DNA of 49,458 nt from Solirubrobacterales bacterium (GCA_033855935.1 JAWVFN010000191.1:1-49458), one strand, 5' to 3'; shown: positions 1-8,692, numbered from the stretch's first letter. The notes: generated by a model from the letters alone, not told the origin. Numbers and translations are program-made.

Positions 1-190
1 TTTTTGTTTTGAGGTTCACCACGCGGGCGGCAAACGTGAAGAAGGGCCGCCGTCCTGGCGACCCTTCTTACATTCGGCCCCTTGAGGACGGGCAGGGGGT
101 ACGTCGTAGGGGGCCTGTACTTGGGGGTATGTGTTGGTCCAGACGACGGGAGGCGCCAACATGCGGCAAACGCCTGGACCTATGGGCTGG

Positions 191-215
191 AAGACAAACT
201 GGGCGTCCGGCCCAG
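191..215 (-). terminator. putative intrinsic terminator downstream of ppx
   Basis: On the minus strand, a CTGGGC/GCCCAG hairpin is followed by TTTGTCTT, about 70 nt after the ppx stop codon. Confidence 0.35.
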
Positions 216-285
216 GATTTCATCTCCCGGCTCAGTGAGTATCGGCGCCCCTGTGGGATGAGTAAATACTCAAAAAGGTGGAGAT

Positions 286-1221
286 TTAGACCGGGGCCAG
301 CGCGGTCGCCAGCGCCGAGCCCCAGAGGATGTCCTGCTCTGAGGCCTCGATCTCGCTGAGACCGAAGGCGCGCATCGTCTCGACGAGGATGACCACGCCG
401 GCGACGATCGTCGGGGCGCGGCCGGGGTGCAAGCCGGGAATCTTCAGTCGCTCGGCCAGCGGCATCGCCGCCAGCCTCGAGAACATCCGCTGGATCGATT
501 GCAGCGACATGCGGTGGCCATGGACCTGCTCGGGGTCGTAGGGGTCGAGCTCGAGGTCGATCGCGGCCAGCGATGTCGGGGTGCCGGCGACGGCGATGCC
601 GTGGTCGGCGACGGCGCCGCGGCTCTCGGATGTCGCCTTCTCGATTTGGCCGCGGACGTCCGTGGCGAGCTCGTCGAGGGCGGCGGCGCGCGGCGGGTCG
701 GTCAGCAGATGGCGCTCGGTGTGGCGAACGGTGCCGACCTGTAGTGAGGCGTGGAAGTCGACGTCGGCGCCGCGCCCGCAGACGAGCTCGGTCGAGCCGC
801 CGCCGATGTCGAAGACGAGGGTTTTCTTGGCGAGCTCGCCGTCGGCGACGTCGCGCGAAGCCATGGCGCCGAGGTAGGTGAGGCGCGCCTCCTCCTCGCC
901 GCTCAGCATCTGGGCGTCGAGGGCAAAGCGCTCGCGCAGCTCGGCGAGGAAGGCGCCGCCGTTGGAGGCGTCGCGCACGGCGCTGGTGGCGAGGGCCGAG
1001 ACGCGCTCGGCGCCCATCTCCCGCAGTACGGCGAGGTAGTCGCCGACGACGGCGCAGACATCCTCGATCGCGTCCGAGCAGAGCTGGCGCGAAAGGTCGA
1101 CGCCGCGGCCGAGCCGCGTCACCGTGTTGCAACGCTCGAGCTCGGTCACCTGGCCGTTCTCGACGCCGGCGACGAGCAGCCTGGTCGAGTTGGTCCCGAG
1201 ATCGATAACGGCGACGCGCAC
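286..1221 (-). CDS. ppx: Ppx/GppA family exopolyphosphatase / guanosine pentaphosphate phosphohydrolase
   Basis: 311-aa ORF. The N-terminus MRVAVIDLGTNSTRLLVA is the ASKHA phosphate-1 motif, and FDIGGGSTEL is the phosphate-2 motif typical of Ppx/GppA. GTG start. Confidence 0.88.
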   Translation of the reverse strand: MRVAVIDLGTNSTRLLVAGVENGQVTELERCNTVTRLGRGVDLSRQLCSDAIEDVCAVVGDYLAVLREMGAERVSALATSAVRDASNGGAFLAELRERFALDAQMLSGEEEARLTYLGAMASRDVADGELAKKTLVFDIGGGSTELVCGRGADVDFHASLQVGTVRHTERHLLTDPPRAAALDELATDVRGQIEKATSESRGAVADHGIAVAGTPTSLAAIDLELDPYDPEQVHGHRMSLQSIQRMFSRLAAMPLAERLKIPGLHPGRAPTIVAGVVILVETMRAFGLSEIEASEQDILWGSALATALAPV

Positions 1222-1307
1222 GCTGGGATCCTAGAACAACGGGCCCCGCGCCTGAACGACGAAGGGCCCGGGAATCCCGGGCCCTTCGGATCAAACGTCA
1301 GGTGGTC

Positions 1308-1511
1308 TTAGACGACCTGGACGTTGGCGGCCTTCGGCCCCTTGTCGCCTTGCTCGGCGTCGTAGGAAACCTTGGCGCCCTCGGCGAGGGTGCGATGACC
1401 CTCGGCGTTGATGTCGCTGTGGTGAACGAAGAGGTCCTTCGATTCGTCGTCGGGCGTGATGAAACCAAAGCCCTTCTCATCGCTGAACCACTTCACCGTT
1501 CCGGTGGGCAT
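1308..1511 (-). CDS. cspA: cold-shock protein (CspA family)
   Basis: 67 aa, [22 protein letters not shown]...LFVHHS, with RNP1 and RNP2 motifs. ATG at 1511 is preceded by GAAGGAG. The upstream part of the 105-aa ORF is treated as 5' leader. Confidence 0.93.
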   Translation of the reverse strand: MPTGTVKWFSDEKGFGFITPDDESKDLFVHHSDINAEGHRTLAEGAKVSYDAEQGDKGPKAANVQVV

Positions 1512-1671
1512 GTTGCTCCTTCGGATATGTGTGCTGCGTACCCGAAGAAACAAAAGTCTGCTGCGAGCGCTGGCACAACCTTTGCCGAGCTTTTGTGCTC
1601 GGCCTTGCAAGACGGACCGTAGCACTCCGGGGTGGCCGTGCCTGAACCGTGCCTGCCGCGATACTCACCGG

Positions 1672-2802
1672 GTGTCCACGGGCAAGATTTCGCTGCTAGG
1701 GGCGGTAGTTCTCGTGATTGCGGCCGGCGGCTGCGGGTCCTCGGGCGACAACTCAAATAAGACGGCGACCGAGGCGGCGGCGAAGCCCGCCAGCGACTCG
1801 GCCACCGACAAGGCAACGCTCTGGTTCACGGCCGGCGAGCAGTTTCACCCGGTCGAGCGCGAGATTCCAAAGGCGGGATCGGCGGCGTCGGGGGCGGTCG
1901 AGGCGCTGCTCGCGGGGCCATCGGCCGCCGAGGGCGCCGCCGACGCCGAGCTGACCACGCAGATCCCGGCGGGCACGACGCTCGACAAGCTCACCGTCGG
2001 CGGCGGCACCGCGACCGTCCGCGTCTCGCCGAGCTTCCTCGACGGAATCGAGACCGACCCGGCGGCCCGCGACCGGGCCCAGAACAACGTGCTCGCGGCG
2101 CGCCTGGCCCAGGTCACCTACACGGCGACCCAGTTCGCCGATATCAAGGCGGCGCGGGTCATCGCCGGCGGCACGCTCGTCAACGCCGCGGTCAGCCGCG
2201 CCGACTACGCGGAGCCGACCGCGAAGCCGGCGGCGATCTCGAAGCCGAAGGGGCCGAAGCTGCCGGGCACGCGGCAGGTTCAGACCAAGCTGGCGAAGCT
2301 CGGCTATCTGCCTAAGAACGCCGTCGACGGGCGCGCCGGCTACCAGACCCAGCAGGCCGTGATCGCGTTCCAGGCCTGGAACGGCCTCGGCCGCGACGGC
2401 GTCGTCGGCCCGGCGACGAGCGCGGCGCTGAAGACCGCGACCCGGCCCCGGCCTCAGGCGGGCGGGGCCGCAAAGCGGATCGAGGTCTACCGCGACAAGG
2501 GCGTGGCGCTCTTGATCGATGGAGGCCGGCTTGTTCGCGCGATACACGTCTCCAGCGGCGGCCCGGCGACGCCGACGCCATCCGGCACCTACAAGGTCTT
2601 CCGCAAGGAGCTCAACTCGTGGTCGGTCCCGTTCAGCTCCTGGCTTCCCTTTGCCTCCTACTTCAACAACGGCATCGCGTTCCACGAGTACGCGGACGTC
2701 CCGGCCTATCCGGCATCGCACGGCTGCGTCCGCGTCCCGGCGCCCGAGGCGAAGTACGTCTACGACTTCGCCGCCGTGGGCACGGCGATTGTCGTGATCT
2801 AG
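1672..2802 (+). CDS. L,D-transpeptidase lipoprotein (GerMN-like + PG-binding + YkuD domains)
   Basis: GTG at 1672 gives VSTGKISLLGAVVLVIAAGGC, a lipobox. PG_binding_1-like segment LAKLGYLPKNAVDGRAGYQTQQAVIAFQ. YkuD catalytic motif FHEY...PASHGCVRVP. Confidence 0.85.
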   Translation: MSTGKISLLGAVVLVIAAGGCGSSGDNSNKTATEAAAKPASDSATDKATLWFTAGEQFHPVEREIPKAGSAASGAVEALLAGPSAAEGAADAELTTQIPAGTTLDKLTVGGGTATVRVSPSFLDGIETDPAARDRAQNNVLAARLAQVTYTATQFADIKAARVIAGGTLVNAAVSRADYAEPTAKPAAISKPKGPKLPGTRQVQTKLAKLGYLPKNAVDGRAGYQTQQAVIAFQAWNGLGRDGVVGPATSAALKTATRPRPQAGGAAKRIEVYRDKGVALLIDGGRLVRAIHVSSGGPATPTPSGTYKVFRKELNSWSVPFSSWLPFASYFNNGIAFHEYADVPAYPASHGCVRVPAPEAKYVYDFAAVGTAIVVI

Positions 2803-2916
2803 CCGGAGACGAACAAGACCCGGATCTATTGATTTCAAATTCTTGAAATCTCTCCGAAGAACCAAGAGCGCTTGTTAGGTTGCGGCCGCCAACCCACTCT
2901 CTTGGAGGAGAGATAT

Positions 2917-3714
2917 ATGCAATTCAGGCGTTTTCTTGGGGTTCTCTGTGTCGCCGTCGCCTTCCTCGTTCTCGCGGCGCCGGCGCTTGCGACCAAGTAT
3001 GTGTCGCTCGGCGACTCGTATTCATCGGGCACCGGCACGCGTACCTACTACGACAGCAACTGCCAGCGCTCCGTCTACTCGTATCCCTACCTGCTGCACA
3101 ACGCGCATCCGACCTGGACGTTCGTGCACGCGGCCTGTTCGGGTGCCAAGACGGGCGACATCCTCAACACCCAGATCTCGAGTGTCACCTCCGACACCAA
3201 CTGGGTCACGTACACGATCGGAGGCAACGACGCCGGATTTTCGAGCGTGATCACCAAGTGCGCGGAGCCGTGGCCTGTCAACTGCGACGGCGACATCACC
3301 AACGCGCAGAACTATGTCAACAACACGCTGCCCGGCCGGCTCGACCTGGTCAACAATGCGATCAAGTCGCACGCCCCGAACGCCAAGGTCGTGGTGCTCG
3401 ACTATCCGCGGCTGTTCAACGGCCAGGACTGCAACGGAGGCACGTTCTTCAGCTCGAGCGAGGAATCGCGCCTGAACCAGACGGCGGACATGATCAAGAA
3501 CGTCGAGGCGGCGGCTGCTGCCCGTGCGGGAGCTAATTTCCTCTTCCGCGACGTGATTCCGCCGTTCATCGGCCACGCGGTTTGCGATGGCGGCGGCGGA
3601 TCCTCGACGGAGTGGATCAACGGCCTCTCCAATCCGGTTGGCGAGAGCTACCACCCGAAGGTGACCGGCCACGCCAACGGCTACTACCCGGTCGTGCACA
3701 ACACCACCGGCTGA
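2917..3714 (+). CDS. secreted SGNH/GDSL esterase-lipase
   Basis: ATG at 2917 follows GGAGGAG. Signal peptide ends ...PALA. Block I YVSLGDSYSSG, block III TIGGNDAGF, C-terminal YHP. Confidence 0.85.
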   Translation: MQFRRFLGVLCVAVAFLVLAAPALATKYVSLGDSYSSGTGTRTYYDSNCQRSVYSYPYLLHNAHPTWTFVHAACSGAKTGDILNTQISSVTSDTNWVTYTIGGNDAGFSSVITKCAEPWPVNCDGDITNAQNYVNNTLPGRLDLVNNAIKSHAPNAKVVVLDYPRLFNGQDCNGGTFFSSSEESRLNQTADMIKNVEAAAAARAGANFLFRDVIPPFIGHAVCDGGGGSSTEWINGLSNPVGESYHPKVTGHANGYYPVVHNTTG

Positions 3715-3723
3715 CCTGGGAGT

Positions 3724-3755
3724 GCGGGCGCCGGTCCGAAGGGATCGGCGCCCGC
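3724..3755 (+). terminator. perfect 10-bp GC hairpin after the SGNH esterase gene
   Basis: GCGGGCGCCG, 12-nt loop, CGGCGCCCGC, starting 10 nt after the stop. No U-tract. Confidence 0.45.
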
Positions 3756-3830
3756 GCGGCAGGAAAGGCCTCCCGACCGAGGCTTGTCACTGTGCGAGGC
3801 TGGGGTTACACCACAACCCAGGAGAGAGAC

Positions 3831-4043
3831 ATGGCAGACAGCGTTTATCGCGTCACAGAGGTAGTCGGCGTCAGTTCGGATTCGTGGGAGTCGGCGGCGC
3901 AGACCGCGGTCGCGACGGTCGGGGAGTCGGTGCGTGACCTGCGCGTCGCCGAGGTGATTCGCCAGGACGTGACGATCCAGGACGGCAAGGTGTCGGAGTT
4001 CCGCATCCGCCTCGGCGTCTCGTTCAAGTACGAGAAGGAGTAG
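3831..4043 (+). CDS. dodecin family flavin-binding protein
   Basis: 70 aa, MADSVYRVTEVVGVSSDSWESAAQTAV...LRVAEV...FRIRLGVSFKYE, the typical dodecin length and pattern. GGAGAGAG RBS. Confidence 0.8.
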   Translation: MADSVYRVTEVVGVSSDSWESAAQTAVATVGESVRDLRVAEVIRQDVTIQDGKVSEFRIRLGVSFKYEKE

Positions 4044-4061
4044 CGCTCAGGACCAGCTTCA

Positions 4062-4112
4062 GCCGCCGCGGGTGCCACTCAGGGTCGTTGCCTGAGCGGC
4101 ATCCGCGGCGGT
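4062..4112. terminator. long imperfect hairpin between convergent dodecin and alsD genes (candidate bidirectional terminator)
   Basis: GCCGCCGCGGGTGCC-A-CTCAGG, loop GTCGTTG, CCTGAG-C-GGCAT-CCGCGGCGGT. It lies between the two stop codons. Confidence 0.45.
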
Positions 4113-4142
4113 GCCGCTGAGCTCGACCCGGACCGGCGAGCG

Positions 4143-4925
4143 TCAGCCCGAGTGCTCGATTCGCTCGACCGCCTCGTGCGCCGCGGAACTGAGCTCCGGC
4201 GAGTCGAGCGAGACCCCCGCCGGCAGCTCGACATGCAGGTCCGAGGAGAGGTCGATCGCCGCGGTGCCCGCCGCGAAGGTGCACTCGAGGACATGGCCGC
4301 CCCGCGAGCGATCATCGGAGATGAAGTGGAGGTGGTAGCCGTTGACCTCGATGCCCTCGGTATAGGCGGGGAAGCGGAAACCGACGATCGTGCCGCTGAG
4401 AGCGCCGAGCTCGAAGACGTGCTGGTCGGCGATCACCTCAGCGAGCGGCCGGTAGGGCGGGTGCTGCTTCGGCACCGAGCGGGCGCGGACACGGCTGAAC
4501 TCGCCGTCGAGCCGCAGTGCCAGCGCCCCGCCGCCCGCGGGAGCGAGCCCGTCGAGCCAGGCGAGGAGGTCGTCGTGGGGCAGTTCTTGCTCGGCCGACG
4601 CGCTGACCGTCGGCGTGAACGGGAGGACGACGGCAAACGGCGTCCGCTCCGTCGGGTCGATCTCGTTGATCGTGCCGCCGACGTCGGCGCGGTAGAAGCG
4701 ACCGTCGACGGCGATCATCTCGCCGTCGATGCCGTTGAGCGTGCCGAGGCCGAGGTCGCCGTGCTCGCCCAACTCGCCGATCGTCACATCCCCTTCATAA
4801 GCGCCGTCGAGGAGGGCGCCGATCGTCGAGGCCTGAAAGAGGACGTGGGGCTCGCGTCCCTCGTGGAGGTCGTGTCCGCGAAGCGCCTCCACGTGCAGCG
4901 TGCGGATCAGGGACTCGTCAAGCAA
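4143..4925 (-). CDS. alsD: alpha-acetolactate decarboxylase
   Basis: LFQASTIGALLDGAYEGDVTIGELGEHGDLGLGTLNGIDGEMIAVDGRFY matches the AlsD/BudA N-terminal signature. Conserved His residues in ...GYHLHFISDD. Confidence 0.85.
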   Translation of the reverse strand: MLDESLIRTLHVEALRGHDLHEGREPHVLFQASTIGALLDGAYEGDVTIGELGEHGDLGLGTLNGIDGEMIAVDGRFYRADVGGTINEIDPTERTPFAVVLPFTPTVSASAEQELPHDDLLAWLDGLAPAGGGALALRLDGEFSRVRARSVPKQHPPYRPLAEVIADQHVFELGALSGTIVGFRFPAYTEGIEVNGYHLHFISDDRSRGGHVLECTFAAGTAAIDLSSDLHVELPAGVSLDSPELSSAAHEAVERIEHSG

Positions 4926-5190
4926 GCAGTGCCAGCTTTTCGTTCCGGGAGAGTTGCTTGATCCGGGCCTCCTCGCGGCGGGCGCTGCTCTCGTTGGGCA
5001 TCTCGAAGACGGCGGCGAGCTCGACCGGCCGGCGGCTGCGGGTGTAGCGGGCGCCCTTGCCGCAACGGTGGGCCTCGAGGCGCTGCTCGAGATCGAAGGT
5101 CCAGCCGCAATAGAGGCTCTCGTCCGAGCAGCGGAGGAGGTAGACGAAGGCGGCGCGCTGGCTCACTCCCGGCACGGTAGGGCGAAGCAC
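4918..5190 (-). CDS. GIY-YIG nuclease family protein (UPF0213/YhbQ-like)
   Basis: 90 aa with FVYLLRCSDESLYCGWTFDLEQRLEAHRCGKGARYTRSRRPVEL, a GIY-YIG core. It overlaps the alsD start by 8 nt. Confidence 0.75.
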   Translation of the reverse strand: MLRPTVPGVSQRAAFVYLLRCSDESLYCGWTFDLEQRLEAHRCGKGARYTRSRRPVELAAVFEMPNESSARREEARIKQLSRNEKLALLA

Positions 5191-5221
5191 GGCGGCAGCG
5201 AAAGTTCCGGCCCACCCCTAC

Positions 5222-7168
5222 GTGAGACTTCCCCGTATGCCGCGACCTGCCGAACATGGGCGGAGGTATGTGGCGGGCCTCGACGGCATCCGCGCCGTCG
5301 CGGTGCTGGCGGTGATCGCGTACCACCTCAACTTCCACTGGGCTCGCGGTGGCAAGCTGGGCGTCGGGGTCTTCTTCACCCTCTCGGGCTACCTGATCAC
5401 CGATCTCCTGCTCGGTCACTGGGAGAAGACCGGCGGCCTCGAGCTGAAGAACTTCTGGATTCGGCGCGCACGGCGGCTGCTGCCGGCGCTGTTCGTGATG
5501 CTGCTCGTGGTCACGGTCCTGACCGCGCTCTTCGACGCCGCCCACCTCGCCGATTTCCGCAAGCAGTTTCTCGGGGCCGCCTTATATGTCAGCAACTGGC
5601 AGACGATCGTCGATCACGGCTCCTATTTCTCCCGCTTCACGCCGCCGCTACCGCTCGACCACCTCTGGTCGCTGGCGATCGAGGAGCAGTTCTACCTCGT
5701 CTGGCCGTGGCTGCTGTGGGCCGGCGTGCGCTGGGTCCACAACCGCAACCGGCTGGCCATGCTGACGCTGGCCGGCGCGATCGCCTCAGCGGTCGCGATG
5801 GGGCTGCTCTACACAAAAGGGCAGGACCCGACCCGCGTCTACGAGGGCACCGACACGCGCGCCTTCGAGCTGCTGTTCGGGGCGGCAGTGGCCTTCGTCT
5901 GGCCGACGAGTGCGCTGAGCACCCGGATCGGCGACGGTGCCCGCAAGATGCTCGACGCGGCCGGGGCCGTCGCCCTCGTTGGCATCCTCGTCCTGGTCGC
6001 GACCACCGGGTCCTACTCGCCGTTCCTTTACCCGTGGGGGTTCGTGCTGCTTTCGATCGCGACGGCGGTCCTGGTCGCCGTCGTCGTCCACCCGGCGAGC
6101 CGCGTCGGGCGCTACCTGGGCTGGGAGCCGCTGCGCTGGGTCGGGGTGCGCTCCTACGGCATCTACCTGTGGCAGTGGCCGATCATCGTCTTCACCAGCC
6201 CGGCGGGGGGTGGGATCAATCTGCTGCGGGGCGCGGGCCAGGTGGCGCTGACCTTCCTCGTCGCCAGCCTCTCGTGGCGCTGGATCGAGGAGCCGATCCG
6301 GCGCGGCGGCTTCCGGCGCTTCGTGGTCCGGATCCGGGTCGGGGTCGGCCGCTTGGTGCCACATCCGCGCCGCGCCGCGGTTCTCGCGGGGGTCGCCGCG
6401 GTGCTCCTGCTGCTGCCGATCCTCGGGCTCGCCGGCGCCCTGCCCACGGTCTCGAGAAACCTCGCCGCCGCGCGGCCGGCTTCGGCGCTGCCGGGAGATC
6501 TGGCCAACGGCACGACCGCGGCCGCCACCATTTCCGCCGCCCCGGCGACGCGGACCTCGTGCAAGGCGGTCGCCTACCTCGGCGACTCGACCTCGGAGGG
6601 CGAGATACGCGCCGACTATCTGCCCAACGCTTCCCTGCGGCTCCCGGCGCAGCTCGCGGCGATCGGGGTCAAGACGCTCGACATCGAGATCCAGGGCGCG
6701 CGGGCGATCATCGAGCACTTCGAGGGCCAGCCCAACGCGGCCGAGGTTGCCCAGACGCTGATCGACGGCGGTTTCAAGGGCTGCTGGATCCTCGCCCTCG
6801 GTACCAATGACACCGCGACGATCGCCAAGGGCGCGCCGAACAATCAAGCGGACCGGATCACGAAGATGATGTCGGAGATCGGCGACGCGCCGGTGATGTG
6901 GGTCGACACGGTGTCGTTGCTGCCGAACGGCGACTACTCCTCGCAGGGGATGAAGACCTGGAACGCGGCATTGGTCGCGGCTTGTCCCACGTATCCAAAA
7001 ATGCGGGTCTATGACTGGGCCGCTGCCGCTCAGCGCGCCTGGTTCATCCAGGACGGCGTCCACTACACGTCTCTCGGCTACGAGAACAAGACGAGCAAGA
7101 TCGCCCAGGCGCTACTCACGGCCTTTCCCGAGGGTCAGCCGCCCCCGGCTGGATGCGTGATCAAGTGA
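5222..7168 (+). CDS. OafA-like acyltransferase (acyltransferase_3 membrane domain fused to SGNH domain)
   Basis: N-terminus GLDGIRAVAVLAVIAYHL followed by about 10 hydrophobic segments. C-terminal SGNH blocks YLGDSTSEG, LGTNDTA, QDGVHYT. The start could be M6 at 5237. Confidence 0.85.
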   Translation: MRLPRMPRPAEHGRRYVAGLDGIRAVAVLAVIAYHLNFHWARGGKLGVGVFFTLSGYLITDLLLGHWEKTGGLELKNFWIRRARRLLPALFVMLLVVTVLTALFDAAHLADFRKQFLGAALYVSNWQTIVDHGSYFSRFTPPLPLDHLWSLAIEEQFYLVWPWLLWAGVRWVHNRNRLAMLTLAGAIASAVAMGLLYTKGQDPTRVYEGTDTRAFELLFGAAVAFVWPTSALSTRIGDGARKMLDAAGAVALVGILVLVATTGSYSPFLYPWGFVLLSIATAVLVAVVVHPASRVGRYLGWEPLRWVGVRSYGIYLWQWPIIVFTSPAGGGINLLRGAGQVALTFLVASLSWRWIEEPIRRGGFRRFVVRIRVGVGRLVPHPRRAAVLAGVAAVLLLLPILGLAGALPTVSRNLAAARPASALPGDLANGTTAAATISAAPATRTSCKAVAYLGDSTSEGEIRADYLPNASLRLPAQLAAIGVKTLDIEIQGARAIIEHFEGQPNAAEVAQTLIDGGFKGCWILALGTNDTATIAKGAPNNQADRITKMMSEIGDAPVMWVDTVSLLPNGDYSSQGMKTWNAALVAACPTYPKMRVYDWAAAAQRAWFIQDGVHYTSLGYENKTSKIAQALLTAFPEGQPPPAGCVIK

Positions 7169-7189
7169 GCGCTAAAATGTCGCCACCGT

Positions 7190-7263
<74 letters not shown>

Positions 7264-7270
7264 CCTCACG

Positions 7271-7294
7271 AAAGCCCTCCAAATGGAGGGCTTT
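7271..7294 (+). terminator. hairpin terminator after the tRNA
   Basis: AAAGCCCTCC, loop AAAT, GGAGGGCTTT, followed by CGTATTTCT. Confidence 0.6.
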
Positions 7295-7346
7295 CGTATT
7301 TCTCCGGGGCGACCTGGAGAAGGTGAACCCGAGGGTCGTAGGCGCG

Positions 7347-7371
7347 GTTGTGCCATTCCTCGTGCCAATTT
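7347..7371 (+). repeat. subterminal 25-nt direct repeat, copy A
   Basis: GTTGTGCCATTCCTCGTGCCAATTT, 84 nt inside the attL repeat. Matches 11281-11305 at 24 of 25 positions. Confidence 0.7.
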
Positions 7372-7438
7372 ATCCTGCAACTCGGAACGCGCGGCTGAGG
7401 CCGGCGAAGCCCTCCGAGTTTCGTATTACAATTCTCTA

Positions 7439-7675
7439 GTGGAGATCCATCCGTCGGCTCGCAAGCACCGCATCGCCGACGAGGACATCGAGCACGCGGT
7501 GACCAACGCCATGACAATCGACGACCAGCAAGACGACACCCGCCTCTACCTCGGACCCTCCCGAACCGGGGATCTCCTAGAGGTGGTCTCGATTGTTCGT
7601 GCAGACGGCTCAGAGCTCGTAGTTCATGCCATGAGAATGCGGCCGAAGTACCGACGACTGCTCCCGGAGGGATGA
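7439..7675 (+). CDS. putative toxin of a type II toxin-antitoxin pair (small actinobacterial family, BrnT-like gene order)
   Basis: 78 aa from GTG 7439: VEIHPSARKHRIADEDIEHAV...LLEVVSIV...LVVHAMRMRPKYRRLL. It overlaps the downstream RHH gene by 4 nt. Family assignment is from memory of similar annotated pairs and is not verified. Confidence 0.55.
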   Translation: MEIHPSARKHRIADEDIEHAVTNAMTIDDQQDDTRLYLGPSRTGDLLEVVSIVRADGSELVVHAMRMRPKYRRLLPEG

Positions 7676-7959
7676 GGATGGCGAACAAAAAGACGCACGG
7701 CAAGACCGCCAGCGGCAAGCCGATCACCGACGAACTGGTCGAGAAGCTCGCCAAGAAGGCGGAGGCCGGCTACAACGTCGAAGAAACGCTTCGCCGACGA
7801 CCGGGGCGCCCTTCACTCGGATCGGCTCCCGCCGCGGTTGAGTCGGTTCGCTTGGAGCCCGAGCTTCAAGAGGCGCTTACGCAACGAGCCAAGCGCGATC
7901 GCGAGACGACCTCATCGGTGATCCGGAGGGCGTTGCGCAAGTATCTCGAGGTGCGCTGA
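7672..7959 (+). CDS. ribbon-helix-helix (CopG/BrnA-like) antitoxin
   Basis: 95 aa. GRPSLGSAPAAVESVRLEPELQEALTQRAKRDRETTSSVIRRALRKYL is a C-terminal RHH motif. The start overlaps the toxin stop (ATGA). Confidence 0.7.
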   Translation: MRMANKKTHGKTASGKPITDELVEKLAKKAEAGYNVEETLRRRPGRPSLGSAPAAVESVRLEPELQEALTQRAKRDRETTSSVIRRALRKYLEVR

Positions 7960-8024
7960 CCGCGTAACGCGAGTCGTTTGATGGCGTTCGAGCCGCTCCG
8001 ATCGGCGCCCGTCCAAATAGAGCG

Positions 8025-8270
8025 TCAGCCCACCGTCACCGACTCGTGCCACTTCGGGTCGATCTGATCGAGGCGGGCCACGACTTCCTTTTGGGCCTCC
8101 TCGAGATCGAGGATGTGACCGCCTACCTCAACCGATGCGAAGCCCTCGCTCGGAGTCCCACGACTGCTTGCCGAGACATCGAACCACTCGTCGAGCTCGG
8201 AGAGGAGCTCGCCCGCGCGCTCGGCGGCCGCAGCGCTCGCCGGGGCGAGGGTCACAAGATGTCCGGGCAT
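8025..8270 (-). CDS. small acidic hypothetical protein
   Basis: 81-aa ORF with high third-position GC and a plausible composition. No recognisable motif. Confidence 0.45.
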   Translation of the reverse strand: MPGHLVTLAPASAAAAERAGELLSELDEWFDVSASSRGTPSEGFASVEVGGHILDLEEAQKEVVARLDQIDPKWHESVTVG

Positions 8271-8320
8271 CAGTTGAAAACTAGCGCGCGGCGTGGGCGG
8301 GCGACGGTAGTGTTCGCTGA

Positions 8321-8692
8321 GTGGATGAAGGCCTTCCGATCGCTTACGAGGTGCTGGACCAGGGTGTTCCGGTCTACACCTCGGATGGCGAGCAGGTGGG
8401 AACGGTCGATCACGTCATAGCCGCTCCCGCGGAAGACATCTTCCACGGAGTCGTGCTGCGGGCTGAGGGAGGTCGGCGCTTCGTGGCCGCCGACCAGATC
8501 GCCTCGCTCCACGAGCATGGAGTGGACCTGCGTATCGATGCGGCTGCGGCTGCGGCCCTGCCCGAACCGGAGGGCGCAGCGCCGGCCCTGCGCTTGCGCG
8601 AGCCGGGCGTCAAGCCGAGCCGCTGGACGCACATCCTGGATCTGGTGAGCGGCAAGGATTCGCGGCGGAGGGACTGGACGGACGAGGACTAG
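8321..8692 (+). CDS. PRC-barrel/DUF2171-like small protein
   Basis: VPVYTSDGEQVGTVDHVIAAP...FHGVVLRA...FVAADQIASLHEHGVDLRI resembles PRC-barrel-type proteins. GTG start. Confidence 0.5.
   Translation: MDEGLPIAYEVLDQGVPVYTSDGEQVGTVDHVIAAPAEDIFHGVVLRAEGGRRFVAADQIASLHEHGVDLRIDAAAAAALPEPEGAAPALRLREPGVKPSRWTHILDLVSGKDSRRRDWTDED

Noticed and set aside
90-127. Actinobacterial 6C-type sRNA (C-rich loops on the minus strand)
   Set aside because: C-runs are present, but I could not fold two convincing stem-loops presenting them, and the genomic context is unknown. It is kept only as a generic non-coding curiosity.
68-1294. 408-aa ORF on the minus strand in another frame than ppx, plus several plus-strand ORFs across 329-1311
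   Set aside because: The translation is extremely Arg/Pro/Gly-rich. This is a typical shadow frame of a high-GC gene. The Ppx/GppA frame carries the recognisable motifs.
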